From Leptospiraceae bacterium (GTDB lineage Bacteria > Spirochaetota > Leptospiria > Leptospirales > Leptospiraceae): a stretch of DNA of 13,318 nt. Each line of letters opens with the position of its first letter. Positions within the stretch are counted from its first letter, which is position 1. The stretch spans positions 1-13,318 of the forward strand of contig JAGPCV010000036.1 of the NCBI GenBank assembly GCA_018057905.1, in the 5' to 3' direction. Of this stretch, positions 1 to 8,530 are shown one piece after another. A program made the position numbers and the translations under genes. The notes under the pieces were generated by a model. It searched no databases. It had not been told where the DNA came from and saw only the letters and a program-made list of their open reading frames with translations.

Positions 1-50
1 AATTTGACTATTTAAAGCCCATTATCAAAAATCCAAAAGGACAGGAGATT

Positions 51-3000
51 TTGACAGATGCAATGCAGACTCGCTCCGAGTTTATCAAAGCGCAAGACTC
101 TTTTATTTCCGCAATCGAAAGGGATGATAAAGACGAAGCTTACAATATATTAATCAAAGACTTCCGTCCTATTCAATTAAAATACATCGGTCACTTAGAC
201 AAGCTATTAGAATTTCAAGCCACCTTTGCTCAAAATGAAGCAAACCTGTCTGTAGGAAATATAATCGAAGTTACCAATAGAATAACATGGATTTCTATTC
301 TATTTGGAATACTCGTAGCTTATCTTGGTTATACAATCGTAACCTCCATTCTCAATTCCCTCCACAACTTGGAAAAAAATGTCAATGAAATCGGGAAAGA
401 AGGTAACTTTGACACAAGAATAGAAACCGATTCTACAGATGAAATCGGAATATTTGCCTTAAGCTTTAAAGAGATGATGAAAGGTATGAAGGACATGCTC
501 GCAGATGCCAACATGCTTTCCCGCGCTGCCGTTGAAGGAAGACTTGCAACTAGAGCAGACGCATCTAAATACAAAGGTGATATGCGTAAGATTGTAGAAG
601 GGGTTAATCAGACATTAGACGCTGTCATTGGTCCTCTTAACGTTGCTGCTGATTATGTTGATAAAATCTCTCGTGGGGCTATTCCTGCAAAAATTTCCGA
701 CACTTACAACGGAGACTTTAACACAATCAAGAACAACTTGAACAATGCTATTGATAATGTAAACGCACTTGTGGCTGATGCCAGTATGCTTGCGAAAGCA
801 GCAGTAGAAGGTAAACTTGCAACTCGCGCTGATGCTACTAAACACCAAGGTGACTATCGTAAGATTGTAGAAGGGGTTAACCAGACATTAGACTCTGTAA
901 TCAATCCTCTCAATGTTGCGGCTGATTATGTTGATAAAATCTCCCGTGGTGCTATCCCTGCTAAGATTTCCGATACATACAACGGGGACTTCAATGTCAT
1001 CAAGAACAATTTAAACAATGCTATTGATAATGTGAACGCTCTTGTGGCTGACGCCGGTATGCTTGCGAAAGCGGCTATTGAAGGGAAACTCGCAACCCGT
1101 GCCGATGCAACCAAGCACCAAGGCGACTATCGTAAGATTGTAGAAGGGGTTAACCAGACGTTAGACTCTGTGATTGGTCCTCTCAATGTTGCTGCTGATT
1201 ATGTTGATAAAATCTCACGCGGTGCTATTCCCGCTAAGATTTCCGACACTTACAACGGTGACTTCAATGTTATCAAGAACAACTTAAACAACGCGATTGA
1301 TAATGTGAACGCTCTTGTGGCTGATGCTGGTATGCTTGCGAAAGCGGCTATTGAAGGGAAATTGGCAACCCGTGCGGATGCAACCAAACACCAGGGCGAC
1401 TATCGTAAGATCGTGGAAGGGGTTAATCAGACGTTAGACTCTGTAATCAATCCTCTTAACGTTGCCGCTGATTACGTTGATAAAATTTCCCGTGGAGCAA
1501 TCCCTGCAAAGATTACTGACACTTACAACGGGGACTTTAACACAATCAAGAACAATTTAAACAACGCGATTGATAATGTAAACGCACTTGTGGCTGATGC
1601 TGGAATGCTCGCGAAAGCGGCTATTGAAGGTAAGCTCGCAACCCGTGCGGATGCAACCAAACACCAGGGTGACTATCGTAAGATCGTGGAAGGGGTTAAT
1701 CAGACGTTAGACTCTGTTATCAATCCTCTTAACGTAGCTGCTGATTATGTAGATAAAATCTCACGCGGTGCTATTCCATTGAAGATTACTGATACATACA
1801 ACGGTGACTTCAATGTTCTAAAGAATAACTTGAACAACGCAATTGATAATGTAAACGCACTTGTGGCTGACGCTGGAATGCTTGCGAAAGCGGCTATTGA
1901 AGGTAAGCTTGCAACACGTGCTGATGCAACCAAACACCAGGGAGACTATCGTAAGATCGTGGAAGGGGTTAATCAGACGTTAGACTCTGTGATTGGTCCT
2001 CTCAATGTTGCGGCAGATTATGTAGATAAAATCTCTCGCGGGGCAATTCCAAATCAAATTACTGATACTTACAATGGGGATTTCAATACTCTCAAGAACA
2101 ATCTCAATCGTTGTATTGAAAACGTAAATGCACTTGTGGCTGACGCCGGTATGCTTGCGAAAGCGGCTATTGACGGTAAGCTTGCAACACGTGCCGATGC
2201 AACTAAACACCAAGGAGATTTCCGTAAGATTGTAGATGGGGTTAACAACACATTAGACGCTGTGATTCTTCCAGTTCAGGAAGCTTCTTCTGTATTACTT
2301 GAACTCTCTAAAGGTAATTTAAAAGCTAGAATGCTCGGTGATTACAAAGGAGATCATGCTACTATTAAGACAGCTCTTAATACAAGCCTTGTAACTTTAA
2401 ATGACTATGTGGGGGAAATCTCGCGTATCCTATCTTCCATGTCTGCCGGAGACTTATCAGTTGATGTAACAAAAGACTTCATGGGAGACTTTGCTGAAAT
2501 TAAAAAAGCGTTAACTCTCATCGTTGATTCCTTTAATGAACTCATTGGAGAAATCATCAACGCTTCGGATCAAATCCTCATTAGCTCAAGACAAGTCGCT
2601 GACTCAAGTCAATCTCTCTCGCAAGGATCGAACGAGCAAGCTAGTAGTGTTGAAGAGATTACCGCTACGTTAGCCGTCATAGAGCTCAAGGCTAAGGATA
2701 ATGCGAAGAATGCGAAGGACGCAAGTGATCAGGCTATGAACGTGAAAGATCAGGCTGTTTCTAGTAACAACGAAATGAAAGGTATGCTCAAAGCAATGGA
2801 AGAAATCAGCGAAACATCTGAAAATATTGCTAAGATCATCAAAGAAATTGATGCTATCGCATTCCAGACAAACATACTCGCGTTAAACGCCGCTGTAGAA
2901 GCTGCCCGTGCGGGACAACATGGTAAAGGATTTAACGTGGTCGCAGAAGAGGTTCGTAACCTTGCTTCTCGTAGTGCGAACGCAGCGAAAGAAACTACCA

Positions 3001-3368
3001 AGATGATTGAAGGATCTATCAAAACAGTTCGCTCTGGTATGGACATTGCGGGAAGAACTGCAAACGAATTGAATAAGATGACAGCTGGTGTTGTAGATGT
3101 TACAGATCTCGTGAAAGACATTGCGAGTGCATCGATTGAGCAGTCTTCGTCGGTAGTAGAGACTACAACCGGTATCAATCAGATTTCACAGGTGACAATG
3201 AGTGCAGCAGCTACAGCAGAAGAAAGCTCAGCAGCTAGTCTTGAGTTGTCTAGCCAAGCAGAAGCGTTCCAGGCAATGGTGAAGAGATTTCAAATTAAGA
3301 AATCAAAAGATGACAGAAAGAGAGAGCAACAGTCATCCTCGAATAAGAAAAAAATTGATTTGAAGTAA
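51..3368 (+). CDS. Methyl-accepting chemotaxis protein with a poly-HAMP array (about 14 HAMP-like units) and a C-terminal MCP signalling domain. The 5' end is uncertain because the frame is open back to the window start.
   Basis: Translation shows one hydrophobic TM segment ([24 protein letters not shown]), then a canonical HAMP ([17 protein letters not shown]), then 91-aa tandem repeats that each split into two HAMP-like halves (…[31 protein letters not shown]… and …[30 protein letters not shown]…). The highly conserved MCP signalling core follows ([40 protein letters not shown]). Candidate starts are TTG at 51 or ATG at 63, with an AGGAG at 43-47. No stop codon lies upstream in frame within the window. 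Confidence 0.9.
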   Translation: MTDAMQTRSEFIKAQDSFISAIERDDKDEAYNILIKDFRPIQLKYIGHLDKLLEFQATFAQNEANLSVGNIIEVTNRITWISILFGILVAYLGYTIVTSILNSLHNLEKNVNEIGKEGNFDTRIETDSTDEIGIFALSFKEMMKGMKDMLADANMLSRAAVEGRLATRADASKYKGDMRKIVEGVNQTLDAVIGPLNVAADYVDKISRGAIPAKISDTYNGDFNTIKNNLNNAIDNVNALVADASMLAKAAVEGKLATRADATKHQGDYRKIVEGVNQTLDSVINPLNVAADYVDKISRGAIPAKISDTYNGDFNVIKNNLNNAIDNVNALVADAGMLAKAAIEGKLATRADATKHQGDYRKIVEGVNQTLDSVIGPLNVAADYVDKISRGAIPAKISDTYNGDFNVIKNNLNNAIDNVNALVADAGMLAKAAIEGKLATRADATKHQGDYRKIVEGVNQTLDSVINPLNVAADYVDKISRGAIPAKITDTYNGDFNTIKNNLNNAIDNVNALVADAGMLAKAAIEGKLATRADATKHQGDYRKIVEGVNQTLDSVINPLNVAADYVDKISRGAIPLKITDTYNGDFNVLKNNLNNAIDNVNALVADAGMLAKAAIEGKLATRADATKHQGDYRKIVEGVNQTLDSVIGPLNVAADYVDKISRGAIPNQITDTYNGDFNTLKNNLNRCIENVNALVADAGMLAKAAIDGKLATRADATKHQGDFRKIVDGVNNTLDAVILPVQEASSVLLELSKGNLKARMLGDYKGDHATIKTALNTSLVTLNDYVGEISRILSSMSAGDLSVDVTKDFMGDFAEIKKALTLIVDSFNELIGEIINASDQILISSRQVADSSQSLSQGSNEQASSVEEITATLAVIELKAKDNAKNAKDASDQAMNVKDQAVSSNNEMKGMLKAMEEISETSENIAKIIKEIDAIAFQTNILALNAAVEAARAGQHGKGFNVVAEEVRNLASRSANAAKETTKMIEGSIKTVRSGMDIAGRTANELNKMTAGVVDVTDLVKDIASASIEQSSSVVETTTGINQISQVTMSAAATAEESSAASLELSSQAEAFQAMVKRFQIKKSKDDRKREQQSSSNKKKIDLK
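501..2270 (+). repeat. Intragenic tandem repeat: six full and one partial, diverged copies of a 273-bp (91-aa) unit inside the MCP gene
   Basis: The GCT-GA(C/T)-GC(N) (Ala-Asp-Ala) unit boundary recurs at 501, 774, 1047, 1320, 1593, 1866 and 2139, an exact 273-nt period. Units 2-6 are nearly identical at protein level. Unit 1 is slightly diverged, and unit 7 diverges after about 40 codons. Confidence 0.9.
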
Positions 3369-3372
3369 GGAG
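3367..3372 (+). promoter_or_regulatory. Shine-Dalgarno (AAGGAG) for cheW, 8 nt upstream of the ATG and overlapping the mcp stop codon
   Basis: AAGGAG is read directly at 3367-3372, the ATG lies at 3381, and the mcp TAA lies at 3366-3368. Confidence 0.6.
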
Positions 3373-3380
3373 TAAAGTGT

Positions 3381-3869
3381 ATGGCAACGACATTTGAAGA
3401 AGAACAATTAGAAGAATCTGAAGATACTATGGAGGATCTCTATATCATCTTTTTCATCGATGGAAGAGAGTATGGTATAGAGATTCGTTACTTGATTGAA
3501 ATCATTGCGTTTCAACCTGTGACTTTTGTTCCAAACTTACCAGAATATGTTAAGGGAGTAATTAACCTTCGTGGGAAGATTATTCCCGTCATTGATGTGC
3601 GGCTAAGATTCGGTTTACCCAAGATAGACTATACCGAATTCACCTGCATATTGATTATGAATTTTAACAATCTAAGTGCAGGGCTTATCGTCGATGGAGT
3701 CAAAGAAGTTTTAAAAATTCCAAAAGATTGTATTGAGCCCTCACCAGGATTTGAAGAAGCAAATATGGAGCGATTCGTCGATTCCATTGGAAAGTCAGGC
3801 GATACATTGAAAATATTGATCGACCTGAATAAGTTTATTCATGAGAAAGATGTAAAAGGAATTGCTTAG
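3381..3869 (+). CDS. cheW: Chemotaxis coupling protein CheW
   Basis: 162 aa, the typical single CheW-domain size. It has CheW-like motifs (FFIDGREYGIEIRYLIEII…PNLPEYVKGVINLRGKIIPVIDVRLRFGL). It sits between the mcp and cheA. Confidence 0.9.
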   Translation: MATTFEEEQLEESEDTMEDLYIIFFIDGREYGIEIRYLIEIIAFQPVTFVPNLPEYVKGVINLRGKIIPVIDVRLRFGLPKIDYTEFTCILIMNFNNLSAGLIVDGVKEVLKIPKDCIEPSPGFEEANMERFVDSIGKSGDTLKILIDLNKFIHEKDVKGIA

Positions 3870-3877
3870 GTTCTACA

Positions 3878-5758
3878 ATGCTTGGAGAAAATGAACTTTC
3901 AGACCTTGTGCTTGATTCACAAGAGATATTGGATAAAGCAGAAGCAATTCTGATCCAATTGGAAAAAAGTTTAACTGAGTCAACGGTTGACGCAGATAAG
4001 GTAAATTCATTATTCCGCTATTTCCATACACTCAAAGGAAATGCGGGATTTTTCAATTTCAATGTGATAGTAAACCTATCGCATTCAGCAGAATCATTAT
4101 TAGAGATTGTAAGAAATGACAATTCTCTTCTTGATCAAAAAATGATTCAGCTCTTCATGGAAGCAAGAGATACTCTATACGAAATATTCACAAATTTAAA
4201 CGAAAACAAAACAGATACAATGTATAAAGAGAAGGCGGATACTTTAATTCCCCGACTCTTCTATATAAAAGAAAATCTAAAAGCAGAGTCTTCAGAGCCA
4301 AAGAAAGAAGAGCCTAGGTTTGGAATCTTCAAAAAGAAAATTGTGCTTTCTGATACTCCAATAACAGAAGAGGATAATAAGGAGTTGCCAGTTTCGAATG
4401 AACCTGCCCCTACTCCGGAAAATTCAGAATCTGATAAGTTAGATAAACATATTACAGAGAGAGCCACGCAAGAAAATCCTGTTTTAGAAAAAAAGATTCA
4501 AAATACTATAGAGGCAAATAACGGTAATTCGAATGGACAAGCTACAGTAAAAAGAGACATTCGAATCGAAACAGAGAAATTAGATTACCTACTAGACATG
4601 ATTGGTGAGCTAGTGATAGCTGAATCTCTTGTAACTCAAAATCCAGACATCAAAGAACTAGATCTTCCGAACTTTTCTATTCAATCTTCCTATTTACGTA
4701 AAGTAGTCCGTAATCTACAAGAAGTATCCTTGCAGCTAAGGATGATTACCCTCGAAGGTTTGTTTAATAAAATGGAACGACTTGTTCGAGACTTAGCACA
4801 AAAAACAGGAAAGAAAGTGGGTCTTCAAGTTACGGGAAAAGAAACAGAAATTGATAAGAATGCCCTTGAAATATTAACAGATCCACTAGTTCATATTATC
4901 CGCAACTGTATCGATCATGGATTGGAAACAGGCAAAGAGAGATTAGCTAAAGGCAAAGTAGAATCCGGTCATATCAAGATTGAAGCAATGCATTCAGGAA
5001 ATGAAGTATGGATTATTATTTCTGATGATGGTGCAGGCTTAGATAGAGATAGAATTTTGAAAAAAGCAATGGCTCGCGGATTAATCAAAGAAGGAGAAGA
5101 CGAAAATCTAAAAGACGAAAGAATTTGGGATTTTATTTTTCAACCTGGATTCTCGACTAGTGATAGAGTAACTGATATTTCAGGACGCGGAGTAGGACTT
5201 GATATAGTTCGCAGAAATATAGCAAAGATCAACGGCGATGTTGAAATCAAGACGAAAAAAGACCAGGGAGCATCGTTCATTCTAAAGCTACCTCTTACAA
5301 TTGCTATCATTGAAGGTATGGTGGTAATCTACAACGGGGTATTCTATATTATCCCCACAATAGACGTAAAAGAAACACTGAATTTGGCAGAATCGAAAAT
5401 CGACTATATCGATCAGGACAAAAAAGTAATTCGCTTCCGAGAGCAGCTAATACCCGTTGTCTCCGTAGAGAGATTACTCAATCACGATTCAAGTGACAAG
5501 GACTCTAACTACGAAAATTCTTTATATGTAATTATTGTGGAGTATAAGAATAATTCGCTAGCCCTAGTATTTGATGGAATTGTAGGAAATCAATCGGTTG
5601 TAATTAAACCAATTCCAGATTATTTAAAAGGAACAAAGGGCTTTTCAGGTTGCACAATCCTGGGAAGTGGGAATATTGGAATGATTCTAGACATTAGATT
5701 CTTTATTAATAATTACTACAAGGAAAACAAAGAATCCGAAGCAGCACATGGACAATAA
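3878..5758 (+). CDS. cheA: Chemotaxis histidine kinase CheA with P1/HPt, P3, P4/HATPase and P5/CheW-like domains and no recognisable P2
   Basis: HPt motif with the phospho-His (FRYFHTLKGNAGFF). Dimerisation region (IRIETEKLDYLLDMIGELVIAESLV). GHKL N-box (HIIRNCIDHGLE), DDGAGLD, and a G-box (GRGVGLDIV). C-terminal CheW-like domain (IIEGMVVIYNGVFYIIPTIDV…). A roughly 90-aa low-complexity acidic/Pro-rich linker between P1 and P3 replaces a recognisable P2. Confidence 0.9.
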   Translation: MLGENELSDLVLDSQEILDKAEAILIQLEKSLTESTVDADKVNSLFRYFHTLKGNAGFFNFNVIVNLSHSAESLLEIVRNDNSLLDQKMIQLFMEARDTLYEIFTNLNENKTDTMYKEKADTLIPRLFYIKENLKAESSEPKKEEPRFGIFKKKIVLSDTPITEEDNKELPVSNEPAPTPENSESDKLDKHITERATQENPVLEKKIQNTIEANNGNSNGQATVKRDIRIETEKLDYLLDMIGELVIAESLVTQNPDIKELDLPNFSIQSSYLRKVVRNLQEVSLQLRMITLEGLFNKMERLVRDLAQKTGKKVGLQVTGKETEIDKNALEILTDPLVHIIRNCIDHGLETGKERLAKGKVESGHIKIEAMHSGNEVWIIISDDGAGLDRDRILKKAMARGLIKEGEDENLKDERIWDFIFQPGFSTSDRVTDISGRGVGLDIVRRNIAKINGDVEIKTKKDQGASFILKLPLTIAIIEGMVVIYNGVFYIIPTIDVKETLNLAESKIDYIDQDKKVIRFREQLIPVVSVERLLNHDSSDKDSNYENSLYVIIVEYKNNSLALVFDGIVGNQSVVIKPIPDYLKGTKGFSGCTILGSGNIGMILDIRFFINNYYKENKESEAAHGQ

Positions 5759-6827
5759 CAAAAAAATTAAAGTATTTATTGTGGACGACCAAAGAGTCGT
5801 TCGAAATGTTATTCGAAAAATGATAACGACCGATCCGCGCATTGAAGTGGTAGGAGAAGCTTCAAATCCTTTTGAAGCAAGCGAGCTGATTCCAGAAAAA
5901 GAGCCCGATGTTTTAACTCTAGATGTAGAAATGCCTCGCATGGATGGAGTGGAATTTTTGCGAAAGCTTATGCCTCAGTATCCAATCCCTGTGATCATGG
6001 TCAGTAGCACAACTGAGGAAGGTTCAGAGAAAGCAATTTTAGCAATGCAATATGGTGCAGTTGACTTTGTCACAAAGCCAGATGGTGGAGCGATTACTCT
6101 CGAATCAACGCAAGCAGAATTAATTCAAAAGATTAAAACAGCATCTACGATCAATATTGATAGATGGCTCAAGCAATTAAAATATAAATCCATGCCACTC
6201 ATGAATAATCCTATGGCAGGTAAAAATGGAAAGAGTAAATACAATCTTATTGCTATTGGTGCATCAACTGGTGGAGTGACTGCAATACGTCAGGTGCTAT
6301 CTACAGTGCCTAGAGATTTTCCATGCATTGTGATTACTCAGCATATGCCGCCAGGATTTACGGCTACTTTTTCAAAGGGAGTTTCTAAAGATTTCGGACT
6401 TGATGTGCGAGAAGCAAAAGATCAAGATATAATTCAGACAGGAAGAATTTACGTTGCACCGGGAGACTTTCATTTAGTGGTAAATAAAAGAAATGGAATT
6501 AATCACACGGTTGGCTTAAATCGTGCCGAGAAAGTTAACGGACATAGACCATCTGTGGATGTTCTATTTCATTCCATTGTTGATAATAAACTTGCCAGTG
6601 AGACAATTGGCGTTATTTTGACAGGCATGGGAATGGACGGAGCAAAAGGGTTACTAGCAATGCGAGAAGCTGGATCGAGAACCATTGGCGAAAGTGAACA
6701 GTCGGCACTCATATACGGAATGCCGAAAGTTGCTTACGAAATCGGCGGTGTGGAAGAGCAACTTCCCCTTTCTCAAATGGTGAATAAGATAAAAAATTAT
6801 TTAAACTACTCGGGCCAATATGTCTGA
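5748..6827 (+). CDS. cheB: Protein-glutamate methylesterase CheB (N-terminal receiver plus C-terminal methylesterase)
   Basis: Receiver motifs (KVFIVDDQRVVRNVI…DVLTLDVEMPRMDG…VIMVSS…VDFVTKP). Methylesterase motifs (IAIGASTGGVTAIRQVL…CIVITQHMPPGFTATFSK…GMGMDGAKG). The start overlaps the cheA stop by 11 nt. Confidence 0.9.
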   Translation: MDNNKKIKVFIVDDQRVVRNVIRKMITTDPRIEVVGEASNPFEASELIPEKEPDVLTLDVEMPRMDGVEFLRKLMPQYPIPVIMVSSTTEEGSEKAILAMQYGAVDFVTKPDGGAITLESTQAELIQKIKTASTINIDRWLKQLKYKSMPLMNNPMAGKNGKSKYNLIAIGASTGGVTAIRQVLSTVPRDFPCIVITQHMPPGFTATFSKGVSKDFGLDVREAKDQDIIQTGRIYVAPGDFHLVVNKRNGINHTVGLNRAEKVNGHRPSVDVLFHSIVDNKLASETIGVILTGMGMDGAKGLLAMREAGSRTIGESEQSALIYGMPKVAYEIGGVEEQLPLSQMVNKIKNYLNYSGQYV

Positions 6828-8067
6828 TAAAATATTACTCTATACTCAAAACAAAGAAATAACAGAGCAGGTGAAAACCTACGTTGATGATCTTACTTAC
6901 GCTTTCAACGTAGCGGATAATATGGATAATCTCACAAGTTATCTTAAATCAGATGACACATGGCTACTCGTTTATGATTTTCTTGACACGAGTAGCGAAA
7001 ATCAAAAAAATCTTGGAAATATTCTTTCCGAATATCCATTTCAATTGGTTATTCTATTAATCAATCGAGAGGAAGGAGACAAGTTTCTACAAATGATGGA
7101 AAACTATCATGTGTATGATATTATCTCCTACCCAATTTATAAATTCAATTTTCATTTTGCGATAACAAAGGCTATCACCTACGGAAAGGTGATGTCCAAG
7201 ATTTCTGATTTTAAATCAAACGAGAAACAAGTTTTCGAATCCATGATTAAAGTATTTGATTGGAGAAAAGAACTTGATACTAGAAAAGTCGAATCTCTTG
7301 CAAATGAATTAATACACCAAATCAATATTAGCTTCTTCCATGGAAGTGGTCTCGGATCACTTATTAGCACACTGAGTATTTTATTTTCAAAAGCTAAATT
7401 AGATGAAGAGAAAAAAGTTTACTTAGTTCATGAAAAAATTTATCACCTATTAAAAGACAACTACGACGAAATTCTAAAACTAAGTGATAGTTTAACTAAA
7501 ACACAAGCCATATTAGCGGAAAAGGATTTTTATATAGGGAAATTAACCCTGAAAGATTTCTATGCTGCATTAACCGAAATGGTAAAAGGTATGAAACCAG
7601 TTGCTGGAATTAAAAATCAGAAGATAGTTATGGGTGATTTTCCAAGAGACCTAGCCGGAAGATCAATTACTGCCAGCCCAGAAAATTTGAAGCTAGTCTT
7701 TGATGAATTATTAACAAATGCAATTAAATACTCGGAAGATGGAGATACAATCTATATTCTATTTTCACATGATAAAACGGATTTTGGAATCAGAATCCTG
7801 AATCCCGCCTACAAGAATTCAGACGGAACAGTGGGGATAACGGAGAGTAATGCGCATAAAATCTTTGAACCATTTTTTCGATTGACTAATGTTGTAGATG
7901 ATAGATTCATGCAGGAAACATTTCGATTTGGTCTGGGTTTGACAGTTGTAAATAAAATTATTGATTTACACAAAGGGAGTATTTCGTTTTATACAACAGA
8001 CAATAATATGAGACGAGAAAACAATATGAAAGATGTATGCGTTTGGGTTCGATTTCCAATTTTATAA
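6820..8067 (+). CDS. Atypical signalling protein: degenerate (pseudo-)receiver N-domain, a roughly 150-aa middle region of unclear type, and a C-terminal histidine-kinase-like (GHKL) ATPase domain
   Basis: The N-terminal 120 aa have receiver-like beta/alpha periodicity (KILLYTQN…WLLVYDFLDTSS…QLVILLINRE…YDIISYP). They lack the acidic DD pair and the conserved Lys. The C-terminus has an N-box (LVFDELLTNAIKYS), a G1-like box (HDKTDFGI), an F-box (FEPFFR) and a G2 box (RFGLGLTVV). No canonical H-box was seen; the nearest is ELIHQINISF. It overlaps the cheB stop by 8 nt (ATGTCTGA), so it is translationally coupled. Confidence 0.6.
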   Translation: MSDKILLYTQNKEITEQVKTYVDDLTYAFNVADNMDNLTSYLKSDDTWLLVYDFLDTSSENQKNLGNILSEYPFQLVILLINREEGDKFLQMMENYHVYDIISYPIYKFNFHFAITKAITYGKVMSKISDFKSNEKQVFESMIKVFDWRKELDTRKVESLANELIHQINISFFHGSGLGSLISTLSILFSKAKLDEEKKVYLVHEKIYHLLKDNYDEILKLSDSLTKTQAILAEKDFYIGKLTLKDFYAALTEMVKGMKPVAGIKNQKIVMGDFPRDLAGRSITASPENLKLVFDELLTNAIKYSEDGDTIYILFSHDKTDFGIRILNPAYKNSDGTVGITESNAHKIFEPFFRLTNVVDDRFMQETFRFGLGLTVVNKIIDLHKGSISFYTTDNNMRRENNMKDVCVWVRFPIL

Positions 8068-8075
8068 AAAAGGCA

Positions 8076-8081
8076 AGGAAG
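8076..8081 (+). promoter_or_regulatory. Shine-Dalgarno-like AGGAAG, 4 nt upstream of the cheY ATG
   Basis: Read directly at 8076-8081. The ATG lies at 8086. Confidence 0.45.
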
Positions 8082-8085
8082 TATT

Positions 8086-8445
8086 ATGAAAAAAGTTCTT
8101 ATAGTTGATGATTCTCCAATGGTTTTGAATATAATTGAGACTGCCCTAAGCCTCGAAGATTATGATGTAGTTAGAGCGTCTAATGCCGATGAGGCGCTAA
8201 AAAAAATTGAAGAAGGAAAATTCGATTTTGGAATATTCGACGTAAATATGCCTGGCAAGACTGGAATCGAACTTGTCCCACTAGTTTTAAATCATCCCAA
8301 CGGCAAATCAATGAAGATTGTAATTTTGACCACCGAGTCTAGTGCTGAGATTCGTAAAAAAGGAGAAGACGCAGGAGCATCTGCCTGGATGGTAAAACCA
8401 TTTAAAAATGCTGAAATGATTGACCTGCTAAAACAATTAGAGTAG
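8086..8445 (+). CDS. cheY: Single-domain response regulator of CheY type
   Basis: 119 aa. All receiver signature residues are present: DD (KVLIVDDSP), phospho-Asp (GIFDVNMPG), Thr (VILTTES) and Lys (WMVKPF). It is the last gene of the che cluster. Confidence 0.85.
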   Translation: MKKVLIVDDSPMVLNIIETALSLEDYDVVRASNADEALKKIEEGKFDFGIFDVNMPGKTGIELVPLVLNHPNGKSMKIVILTTESSAEIRKKGEDAGASAWMVKPFKNAEMIDLLKQLE

Positions 8446-8530
8446 TCACTCAAAGTAAAAAATAAAACGAATATTTTTCTACTTGCTTGTTCTATTATTC
8501 AAATTAAGATTTGCAGAATAAACTATTAGC

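Noticed and set aside
501-2270. Could the 273-bp tandem array be a CRISPR array, a minisatellite or a mobile-element repeat?
   Set aside because: The period is a multiple of 3. The repeat is in frame within one long ORF. There are no unique spacers. Synonymous-site divergence with protein conservation shows it is coding HAMP-domain sequence.
329-3178. Seven minus-strand ORFs in the track (329-574, 615-848, 926-1114, 1745-1933, 1980-2213, 2069-2251, 2750-3178), antisense to the MCP gene
   Set aside because: All lie inside a strongly supported + strand MCP gene. Several are near-duplicates of each other only because they lie in the 273-bp tandem repeat. Ala/Gly-rich sense codons commonly give open antisense frames. 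Their translations have no recognisable domains.
8455-8481. Imperfect inverted repeat (GTAAAAAATA … TATTTTTCTAC) just after cheY, a possible terminator
   Set aside because: The stem is entirely A/T, the loop is large and no T-run follows. It is too weak to call an intrinsic terminator and may simply be AT-rich spacer.
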